Shown: positions 27,190 through 33,149 of the stretch, piece by piece
Numbering within the stretch: position 1 is the stretch's first letter
Layout of the letters: every line of letters begins with the position of its first letter
Origin: a virus
Virus record (IMG/VR): IMGVR_UViG_3300027742_000026
DNA length: 34,032 nt
Strand: one strand, 5' to 3'
The notes under the pieces: model-generated
What the model was told of the DNA's origin: nothing
Database searches by the model: none
What the model saw: the letters and a program-made list of their open reading frames with translations, nothing else
Made by a program: the position numbers and the translations under genes

Positions 27190-27462
27190 ATGGAAATCAA
27201 GAATGAAAAACCACGATTCATGACACCAGAACAGTTGGAGTCATTCAAGTGGAGGATTTACAATACATTCAAGAGTGTAGTTGTGCCAATTATATTATCC
27301 ATGACACTTGTACAGTTAGAGGCAAACCCAAACAATTTGTCCTGTTTGTTAGAAAAACAATTTTGGGTCAATACAGCATATGCAATTATGGTTGCATTGG
27401 TTGGTAGTGTACTAGCAGGATTGGACAAGGTCAGCAGAATGAAAGTTGGAAAAAGTGGATAA
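27190..27462 (+). CDS. Holin-like protein with two transmembrane segments
   Basis: 90 aa. Hydrophobic segments are VVVPIILSMTLVQL and AYAIMVALVGSVLAGL. It lies adjacent to the endolysin. Confidence 0.55.
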   Translation: MEIKNEKPRFMTPEQLESFKWRIYNTFKSVVVPIILSMTLVQLEANPNNLSCLLEKQFWVNTAYAIMVALVGSVLAGLDKVSRMKVGKSG

Positions 27463-27613
27463 TGACTTGGAATAACATCACCAGATACGATTAGTAGGGT
27501 GTTGAAATGAAAAAAATTACAGAAATACCAAAGAAAATATTTTCAATCAGAGTGGGGAAATATAGGTTGGTATTGTATAAACAAATTGAGAAAATTATCA
27601 ATGATTTGAGTGC

Positions 27614-27642
27614 TTGACATCCCAAATATCAGAGGGTATATT
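27614..27642 (+). promoter_or_regulatory. Sigma70-type promoter P1 (TTGACA-17-TATATT)
   Basis: The hexamers lie at 27614-27619 and 27637-27642 with exactly 17-nt spacing, at the start of the early region. Confidence 0.6.
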
Positions 27643-27648
27643 TTAATG

Positions 27649-27760
27649 GGGAGAGGGGAAACAGGCAAGGATTAGATGACAGGATGGGATGGATACTCTC
27701 AACACTCCTCCAAAGGTATGTTTTTCATATCACAGGAGATGTCCATCCTATTTTGTTATT
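27649..27760 (+). ncRNA. Candidate structured leader or short RNA between P1 and the initiator gene
   Basis: There is no ORF. GGATGGATA(C)TCTC (27687-27700) pairs with GAGATGTCCATCC (27736-27748), and TATTTTGTTATTT follows. Confidence 0.35.
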
Positions 27761-27782
27761 TAATTTGTGAATCCCCAAATAT

Positions 27783-28574
27783 ATGTCAGAGTCAGAGAGT
27801 TTTTGGGTGGTGATACCACATTATGTGTTGTCAGACCCACACATCACAGCAGGAGACAAAATCCTGTATGGTGAATTATCATCCCTCACCAGAAAGGATG
27901 GCAGGTGTTATGCAACCAACAGTCATTTCATTGAGGTGTTGGCAATGTCAGAGAGGTCAGTGAGAAATGGTTTGAATAGATTACAAGATGCAGGATACAT
28001 TCAAGTTGAAACAAAACACAGCAAGAATGGAAAGAAAGGCACATGGAGAACAATTAGGTTGGGAAATATTGATATCAACAAGGGGGATGGTCACATTGGA
28101 GAGGGGGGGGAGGCAAAAAAGGGGAGGGGGGGGAGGCAAAAATTACCTCCCAAAAGAGAGATACACAAGAGAGATACACAAACTGTATATAAATATACAG
28201 GGGACAAGTCCCAAAAGTCAGAGATTTCTCATAAAGAGAAAGACAAGGGGAGTACAGGAGAATATGGAAACCCAGATGTCAACAGATTTATCAAGGGAAT
28301 GAACAAGTATTTGGTTGTTAAACTCCCAGAGGATGGGAAAGCAAGAAAGGTGGCAAACAATAGTTTGAATATATTTACAAAGAGAAACAGTAAAGGGGAT
28401 GTAAAGAATGGCAGGGAGTTCATGGATGATAATACATGGACAAATATCAAAATGTTTTTGGCAGAGTACCATGACAAGAAAATATCAAAAGGATATTCAC
28501 CACAATCATGGGGGACTTTGTATCAGAATATCAAATTGTGGGTGGCAAATGAGGGGAAATTGCCAAGTAAATAA
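27783..28574 (+). CDS. Replication initiator / replisome-organizer-like protein with N-terminal winged-helix domain
   Basis: The N-terminus FWVVIPHYVLSDPHITAGDKILYGELSSLTRKDGRCYATNSHFIEVLAMSERSVRNGLNRLQDAGYIQVE resembles the HTH of plasmid and phage Rep proteins. Origin-like repeats lie inside the gene. Confidence 0.7.
   Translation: MSESESFWVVIPHYVLSDPHITAGDKILYGELSSLTRKDGRCYATNSHFIEVLAMSERSVRNGLNRLQDAGYIQVETKHSKNGKKGTWRTIRLGNIDINKGDGHIGEGGEAKKGRGGRQKLPPKREIHKRDTQTVYKYTGDKSQKSEISHKEKDKGSTGEYGNPDVNRFIKGMNKYLVVKLPEDGKARKVANNSLNIFTKRNSKGDVKNGREFMDDNTWTNIKMFLAEYHDKKISKGYSPQSWGTLYQNIKLWVANEGKLPSK
28103..28142. repeat. Two perfect 17-nt direct repeats GGGGGGGGAGGCAAAAA (iteron-like), 23-nt period
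   Basis: Copies lie at 28103-28119 and 28126-28142. Each starts with a G8 run. Confidence 0.85.
28156..28181. repeat. Perfect 13-nt tandem duplication GAGAGATACACAA x2
   Basis: Copies lie at 28156-28168 and 28169-28181. Confidence 0.9.
28183..28200. repeat. AT-rich perfect palindrome CTGTATAT-AA-ATATACAG
   Basis: The 8-nt arms lie at 28183-28190 and 28193-28200. Confidence 0.9.
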
Positions 28575-28585
28575 TTTGTGAAAGA

Positions 28586-28918
28586 ATGAAAATGGCAGAC
28601 AGAATATATACAGATGTTGGGTTGTTAGATTTAGAGAATATGCAGTATTTGTACAAAAACAATATACTGACCAATGATTATGGCATTAGAAAGAGATTAG
28701 TCAAAAGAGGGGGATTGAAAAGACCAATGAGTGTGTGGGAAATGTTTTGTTTGGTCAAGGATGATATTGCAAGTCAAAACAGTCTCACAGATATCAATGA
28801 CATTGTGGGTGTTATGAGAGAGGAGAGAGTGGATATAATTTCAAGAGGTGCACAGATAGTCAAAGAGATGAACCATGCAATGACAGGGGGAAAGTCATAT
28901 CAAGATTTTGACATATAG
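28586..28918 (+). CDS. Hypothetical early protein
   Basis: 110-aa ORF preceded by TAATTTGTGAAAGAATG, the same 17-mer found upstream of 29963. A second ATG lies at 28592. Confidence 0.5.
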   Translation: MKMADRIYTDVGLLDLENMQYLYKNNILTNDYGIRKRLVKRGGLKRPMSVWEMFCLVKDDIASQNSLTDINDIVGVMREERVDIISRGAQIVKEMNHAMTGGKSYQDFDI

Positions 28919-28919
28919 A

Positions 28920-28948
28920 TTGACACATACTGATTGACACAGTATAAT
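28920..28948 (+). promoter_or_regulatory. Sigma70-type promoter P2 (TTGACA-17-TATAAT) with duplicated GATTGACACA boxes
   Basis: The -35 hexamer is at 28920-28925 and the -10 hexamer at 28943-28948. GATTGACACA occurs at 28918-28927 and 28932-28941. Confidence 0.7.
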
Positions 28949-28978
28949 GTTGCATATAACTTGTGAGGGAAAAAAATA

Positions 28979-29326
28979 ATGGCAAACAATTTCACAGCAT
29001 TAGGAAACTTTCAGACAGGGTACTTGGACAGGGTGATTGGTAGGGGTGGGATATTATCCACAGCCAAGAGGATTGACAAGATGTTGAGTTTACAGGCAGT
29101 CCACAACAGTAGGCAGGGTCATTCAGTTAATTTGGGGGCAGGCAGTATTGTGTACGCCAGATTCAGAAATGAATTGTATTTACTGATTGAGAAAAAGGGA
29201 AAGGTGGGACAACAAGAGAAAGAGTTGGTCAAAAGACTACTCCAACAGATTGAGATGCATGTGTATTCAAATCTGTCAGATGAGGTGTCCAATCAGGTGA
29301 TAAAGGAGTTTGAAAAAAACCTATAA
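28979..29326 (+). CDS. Hypothetical early protein
   Basis: 115-aa ORF that is the first gene downstream of P2. Confidence 0.5.
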   Translation: MANNFTALGNFQTGYLDRVIGRGGILSTAKRIDKMLSLQAVHNSRQGHSVNLGAGSIVYARFRNELYLLIEKKGKVGQQEKELVKRLLQQIEMHVYSNLSDEVSNQVIKEFEKNL

Positions 29327-29349
29327 TATAATTTTTAATATATAGAAAT

Positions 29350-29589
29350 ATGGGATATGCAATGTCAGATGCAGAATTAGTCAGGATTGTAATGGCAATC
29401 AAGGGATTCACAAAACAGGAGATGATGGAGTTCATGGGAGTCAGCAGACAGACCATTTATGCATGGTTGAACAACAAGCAAAATATTGCCCAGTTCAGGA
29501 AACCAAAAATGGAAAGAGTCGTATTTGAGTTCATAGAGGATTTCAAAGGTGTCAAACCTATAACAGGAGAGACAGTTGACACAGTGTAA
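29350..29589 (+). CDS. Small helix-turn-helix DNA-binding protein
   Basis: 79 aa. FTKQEMMEFMGVSRQTIYAWLNNK is a typical HTH segment. The last codons (TVDTV*) contain the -35 of promoter P3. Confidence 0.6.
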   Translation: MGYAMSDAELVRIVMAIKGFTKQEMMEFMGVSRQTIYAWLNNKQNIAQFRKPKMERVVFEFIEDFKGVKPITGETVDTV

Positions 29590-29604
29590 TGCATGGTGTA
29601 TAAT
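29576..29604 (+). promoter_or_regulatory. Sigma70-type promoter P3 (TTGACA-17-TATAAT)
   Basis: The hexamers lie at 29576-29581 and 29599-29604. About 45 nt are near-identical to P5. Confidence 0.7.
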
Positions 29605-29610
29605 GTAGTT

Positions 29611-29937
29611 AGTTAATTGATAGCACATGAACAATAGAAAAAGTATGGATTGGTGGCAGAAAATATTGCACATCAGCAGAGTTGATATCACTATATGGGA
29701 ATATATATGGATTTGTTGATGGTTGATTAGTTGAATACTTTGGTGAGTGAAATCACAGGAGTATATCTTGGATGTGTGTGACTTGCATTATCATACATCC
29801 TATTTGGACAACAGGTGATGGAGATGCGATTACTAACCTGTAAAACTCAATTGGTCTTGTTGGTGAGAGCCCAACCCAATCCTTTTCAAAGATAGATGGA
29901 TGGTTGATTCAAACAGAACATCATCCATGTGTTTTTG
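29611..29937 (+). ncRNA. Candidate structured RNA of about 325 nt (promoter-to-terminator unit with only a 30-codon ORF)
   Basis: Five stems were found by eye. They are 29743-29756, 29770-29800 (9 bp), 29811-29841, 29850-29880 (two-tier 5+5 bp) and the terminator stem 29896-29928. Confidence 0.45.
29896..29937 (+). terminator. Intrinsic terminator
   Basis: ATGGATG (29896-29902) pairs with CATCCAT (29922-29928), followed by GTGTTTTTG. Confidence 0.6.
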
Positions 29938-29962
29938 ATTTAATTTTTTAATTTGTGAAAGA

Positions 29963-30190
29963 ATGAGAAACAAAGAGAAAAAGAATCATGCAGACAAAAT
30001 GATTCATGGGTTGGTGTATGACCACACAAAAAATCTGATGTTTGATTTGTGTGATGAGTATGGAGTTGATATTTCTGATTTAGGATTTGCCCAAATTGAG
30101 AGATTGAATGACAGGATTGGAAAGGCAGTTAAACAAATAATGGTTGATGCCATTATAAACAGCCCTCAATCATGTGTAGAGGAGGTCTAA
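29963..30190 (+). CDS. Hypothetical early cassette protein
   Basis: 75-aa ORF preceded by TTTAATTTGTGAAAGAATG and followed by the hairpin at 30196-30214. Confidence 0.5.
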   Translation: MRNKEKKNHADKMIHGLVYDHTKNLMFDLCDEYGVDISDLGFAQIERLNDRIGKAVKQIMVDAIINSPQSCVEEV

Positions 30191-30195
30191 CAGCA

Positions 30196-30214
30196 GGGAG
30201 GTGAAAGTCCTCCC
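30196..30214 (+). repeat. Intergenic hairpin GGGAGG-TGAAAGT-CCTCCC (member of a hairpin family)
   Basis: Perfect 6-bp stem with a TGAAAGT loop. It is followed by AATATTTTACTTTTAATTGTGAGAAAAATG. Confidence 0.8.
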
Positions 30215-30241
30215 AATATTTTACTTTTAATTGTGAGAAAA

Positions 30242-30538
30242 ATGAAAGAGTTATCAAACAAAAATGCCTGTGGAAAACAAAGAGATGTGGAGAATCCATA
30301 TCATATATACAGGGCATTGTATTTGCCAAATTGGGAGTGGAGGGTACTCAAAAAGTACCAGTCACCAAAAGGTGAGGCAACCAACTCATATGCAAGATGG
30401 TTTTGTGCAGTCAAGAGTCCATGTACATATGGAGATTGGGAATATGGAGATACATATATTTCAGACATTAAAGAGGCAGGTGGTTTTGAAATATCATTGG
30501 CAGAGGCAAAGGGATTGGAAAAAGAGGATAATGAGTAA
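30242..30538 (+). CDS. Hypothetical early cassette protein
   Basis: The track start at 30233 is GTG and the first ATG is at 30242, after AATTGTGAGAAAA. The product is 98 aa. Confidence 0.5.
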   Translation: MKELSNKNACGKQRDVENPYHIYRALYLPNWEWRVLKKYQSPKGEATNSYARWFCAVKSPCTYGDWEYGDTYISDIKEAGGFEISLAEAKGLEKEDNE

Positions 30539-30543
30539 AATCA

Positions 30544-30565
30544 GGGGGGGTGAAAATCCCTCCCC
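30544..30565 (+). repeat. Intergenic hairpin GGGGGGG-TGAAAAT-CCCTCCC(C) (hairpin family)
   Basis: 7-bp stem with one G-U pair and a TGAAAAT loop. It is followed by AATATTTAATTTTTTAATTGTGAGAAAAATG. Confidence 0.8.
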
Positions 30566-30593
30566 AATATTTAATTTTTTAATTGTGAGAAAA

Positions 30594-30884
30594 ATGAGAA
30601 ACTATGGAAAGATGCCATTGATATCCCCAAAGGATACATTGACATATGAGGATTTGATGCATGTCAGGACTGTTGATATATCAGATTATACAAAGGAGAA
30701 TCCATTTTATTACACAGACAAGACATTCTCAAAGTGGTTTGACCCAAAGAATGCAAAAGTTGGTAGCAGATTTGTGGATGCAAACAATGGAGATAATTGG
30801 AGAGTGATATCTGTCAACAATGGTATGTGCAGAATGGTTGTACAGAATATGTCACAACAGTTTATAGACATAATGCATTGGTAG
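30594..30884 (+). CDS. Hypothetical early cassette protein
   Basis: The track ORF 30264-30884 extends upstream through the previous gene and the hairpin. The ATG at 30594, after AATTGTGAGAAAA, is the sensible start and gives 96 aa. Confidence 0.5.
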   Translation: MRNYGKMPLISPKDTLTYEDLMHVRTVDISDYTKENPFYYTDKTFSKWFDPKNAKVGSRFVDANNGDNWRVISVNNGMCRMVVQNMSQQFIDIMHW

Positions 30885-30891
30885 TGAAAAC

Positions 30892-30919
30892 AGAGAGGGT
30901 GAAATATCCCTCTCTTTTT
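30892..30919 (+). terminator. Intrinsic terminator (hairpin family member with a T-run)
   Basis: AGAGAGGG (30892-30899) pairs with CCCTCTCT (30908-30915) around a TGAAATAT loop, followed by TTTTG. Confidence 0.7.
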
Positions 30920-30923
30920 GTTA

Positions 30924-30952
30924 TTGCAATATATTAGTTGACATAGTATAAT
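30924..30952 (+). promoter_or_regulatory. Sigma70-type promoter P4 (TTGCAA-17-TATAAT)
   Basis: The hexamers lie at 30924-30929 and 30947-30952. An extra TTGACA lies 3 nt upstream of the -10, as in P2. Confidence 0.65.
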
Positions 30953-30982
30953 GCAATTAGTTAATTTTTAATTGTGGGATAA

Positions 30983-31477
30983 ATGATAAACAGAGACAGA
31001 ATCAGTTTTAGAGTAGGAGGTTCAGGTGTGACAAGTAAAGGTGCATGGGCAATGGCATTGGTGTATATAGATGCCAGAACATGCCAAGAGGAGTTGGATA
31101 CAAAGTTTGGAGTGGATGGATGGCAGTTCACATGGAGTGAGGTTTGTGGTCATGAGTTTGCAGTGCATGGAGAATTGCAATGCAAGATGGATGATAAATG
31201 GGTCACTAGAGAGGATGTAGGGTATCCACAAGAGTTGAAAATGTCCAAAGGGGTCAATGATAGTGAGGTTCTCAAAGATGCAGTGTCAGATGCCCTCAAA
31301 AGATGTGCAGTTCAGTTTGGTATTGGCAGATTTTTGTATGATGCCCCAAAACTATTTTCATTCAATGTCAAAACAGGTAGGAATGGAAAGGTCAAAGGAT
31401 TTGCAGTTGAGGGTGAGCAGGAAATATCAGACAAAATTGATACATGGTACAAATCAATTAGTAGGGAGGCAAAATAA
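30983..31477 (+). CDS. Rad52/Sak-type single-strand annealing protein
   Basis: ALVYIDARTCQEELDTKFGVDGWQFTW and KDAVSDALKRCAVQFGIGRFLY match the conserved Rad52_Rad22 core motifs. Confidence 0.85.
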   Translation: MINRDRISFRVGGSGVTSKGAWAMALVYIDARTCQEELDTKFGVDGWQFTWSEVCGHEFAVHGELQCKMDDKWVTREDVGYPQELKMSKGVNDSEVLKDAVSDALKRCAVQFGIGRFLYDAPKLFSFNVKTGRNGKVKGFAVEGEQEISDKIDTWYKSISREAK

Positions 31478-31707
31478 TGAAAGAGGAGAGCACATATATC
31501 AATGGTATCAAAACCACAAAGGTGACCAGAAAGCCCATAGACTCAATCAATTTCTATGGACAGGCAAAGGCATCCAAAGAGAGGATTGAGGCAAGTCAAA
31601 AGACAGACAAGAAACTTTCAGAAAAAAAGAAACAAGAAATCATCAAGAGATTTCAAGAACAGTTTGGGTCAAAATATATTATTTCAAAAAAAACAAAAGA
31701 AAAATGA
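31477..31707 (+). CDS. Hypothetical basic protein
   Basis: 76-aa Lys-rich ORF whose start overlaps the upstream stop. Confidence 0.45.
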   Translation: MKEESTYINGIKTTKVTRKPIDSINFYGQAKASKERIEASQKTDKKLSEKKKQEIIKRFQEQFGSKYIISKKTKEK

Positions 31708-32078
31708 TACAGTTAAACAAAAATGGTTTTCAAAGTTCATATAATATAGATGACATGTTGCACAATGACATGATTTGGTTATCAAGAAAGATACACATCC
31801 CAGTGAGGGAGTTTGAGATTATAGGAAAGCAAATGGAATTGAATCAGGAAAATTGGACTAGGTTTTGGAAAATAGTCAACTCATGCAGAGTCCAAGAGAG
31901 AGACATACATGCATTAGTCAATGACAGAGAAAAAGTGTTCACACAGGATGAGTTTGAGGTTGTGATTCAGATACTTGGTACACCAGACGAGGTTTCACTT
32001 TGTTGCAATACCCCAATTGATAGTGATGGATTGTGCATGGATTGTGGAGAACACTGTGACAAAATATTTATATTTTAA
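31704..32078 (+). CDS. Hypothetical protein with C-terminal Cys cluster
   Basis: 124 aa. The C-terminus reads CCNTPIDSDGLCMDCGEHC, a possible small metal-binding knuckle. Confidence 0.5.
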   Translation: MIQLNKNGFQSSYNIDDMLHNDMIWLSRKIHIPVREFEIIGKQMELNQENWTRFWKIVNSCRVQERDIHALVNDREKVFTQDEFEVVIQILGTPDEVSLCCNTPIDSDGLCMDCGEHCDKIFIF

Positions 32079-32094
32079 TTTTTTCAAAACCCAT

Positions 32095-32253
32095 ATGAAA
32101 GATTTTATTTTGAGAATGTTGTTTACCATAATTGTGGCAGTTGCAATTGTGTCATTCATTATGTACACAAGAGAATTGCTTGGTGTGGTACTTGTTGGTA
32201 TTGGTATTGTTTTGCTTGTTTTAATTGTTAATTCCTTTTTTGGAAAGAAATGA
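32095..32253 (+). CDS. Small membrane protein with two transmembrane segments (52 aa)
   Basis: An internal ATG of track ORF 31975-32253 gives MKDFILRMLFTIIVAVAIVSFIMYTRELLGVVLVGIGIVLLVLIVNSFFGKK. Confidence 0.4.
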   Translation: MKDFILRMLFTIIVAVAIVSFIMYTRELLGVVLVGIGIVLLVLIVNSFFGKK

Positions 32254-32693
32254 ACCTCCCTATTGAGCCACATTACAAAGACATGATAACCTATGAGTAT
32301 GTTATATGTGAGATATGTGGGAAAAAGTTTGAAAGTATGACAGCACATATCATCAGGAAACATCACATATCAGTGTGGGAATACAAAGAATATTTTGGGT
32401 ACAATATTAAACAGCCATTGGAGTGTGGGAGATTGCAACAGGTTAGGCATGACCATATAATGGCAAATGGAACATACAAGAATCTGCAACCACATACCCA
32501 TAATTTTAGAAAAGGGCATTCAGGCAGAAAGGTTCACAGAGAGCAGTCAATTGAAAGATATATATTGACATGTGAGAAAAATAACAAAGACCCAGAGATT
32601 CAGAAAAAAAGGAGTGAAACCCTCAAAAAAATGGCAAAGGAACACAACCCAATTGTTAATATGCCAAAAAAATATTGGACAAAAAGAAAATGA
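32250..32693 (+). CDS. Ros/MucR-like zinc-finger DNA-binding protein
   Basis: CEICGKKFESMTAHIIRKHHISVWEYKEYFGY parallels the MucR C-x2-C ... H-x4-H finger and its following 'EYR.KWGL' helix. The C-terminal tail is basic. Confidence 0.6.
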   Translation: MNLPIEPHYKDMITYEYVICEICGKKFESMTAHIIRKHHISVWEYKEYFGYNIKQPLECGRLQQVRHDHIMANGTYKNLQPHTHNFRKGHSGRKVHREQSIERYILTCEKNNKDPEIQKKRSETLKKMAKEHNPIVNMPKKYWTKRK

Positions 32694-33103
32694 AAACTAT
32701 TCAAACAGAAATGAAAAACTACAACAGGAGAGCAGACAACAGTGTCAGTTTCAGATTGGACTCCCTGTTGGAATTATCAAGCAAAGAGATTGGAGAGATT
32801 GATGCATACAGAGGATGTGTTGCCATTATTGTTTTGACAGACAGTATTGTTGGAAATGTTGTGGATTTTGATATGAACACAATCCTCAAAAACCTCCCAG
32901 AGAATGATGCCATCTCAAATTACAAATCACCCTCCAAAAGGTTCAGAGATGTATTGTACAGACTATGTGAGCAGGAGTTGAAAAGACCTCCATCCAAAGA
33001 GGAGTTTGTTGATTACTATCAGAAAGAGTACACTAAAATCACAGAGCACTACAAATCAAAGTTTGAGGATGATATTGGAGAGGGTATAGTTGACACAATG
33101 TAA
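32690..33103 (+). CDS. Hypothetical early protein
   Basis: The track start at 32675 is TTG. The first ATG, at 32690, overlaps the upstream stop (ATGA). The last codons (IVDTM*) carry the -35 of P5. Confidence 0.5.
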   Translation: MKTIQTEMKNYNRRADNSVSFRLDSLLELSSKEIGEIDAYRGCVAIIVLTDSIVGNVVDFDMNTILKNLPENDAISNYKSPSKRFRDVLYRLCEQELKRPPSKEEFVDYYQKEYTKITEHYKSKFEDDIGEGIVDTM

Positions 33104-33119
33104 ACAGAGGGTGTATAAT
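33090..33119 (+). promoter_or_regulatory. Sigma70-type promoter P5 (TTGACA-18-TATAAT)
   Basis: The hexamers lie at 33090-33095 and 33114-33119. The unit is near-identical to P3. Confidence 0.7.
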
Positions 33120-33149
33120 GTAATGTGTTAATTTGAAATTGTGCAAGAA

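Noticed and set aside
27507-27617. 36-codon ORF with an IRVGKYRLVLY string resembling the RelE/ParE toxin core motif.
   Set aside because: It is far too short to form the toxin fold. It lacks the C-terminal catalytic region and has no partner antitoxin ORF. At best it is a gene remnant, and it is mentioned only as context for the leader region.
27988-28302. Same-strand alternative-frame ORFs. Examples are 27988-28302, 31257-31589, 31556-31744, 32572-32802, 12347-12598, 14075-14341, 6852-7151 and several inside the fibre gene 21592-23730. The upstream extension 30264-30593 of the 30594 gene belongs to the same group.
   Set aside because: Each overlaps a better-supported frame and has biased, motif-free sequence. 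None has its own leader or start context. The 30264 extension runs through the preceding gene and an intergenic hairpin.
27463-29600. Search for a lysogeny module (integrase, CI/Cro-type switch, attP) around the start of the early region.
   Set aside because: No recombinase-like ORF or divergent promoter pair exists. All genes are co-oriented and the only HTH protein is a 79-aa early product. I make no call of a temperate lifestyle, and its absence cannot be proven from sequence alone.
29627-29719. 30-codon ORF at the 5' end of the candidate RNA locus as the sole function of that transcription unit.
   Set aside because: It is not discarded entirely, because its leader resembles other early starts. 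It covers under 30% of the unit, and the hairpin-dense 220 nt downstream remain unexplained. The locus is therefore reported as a candidate structured RNA that may also encode a micropeptide.
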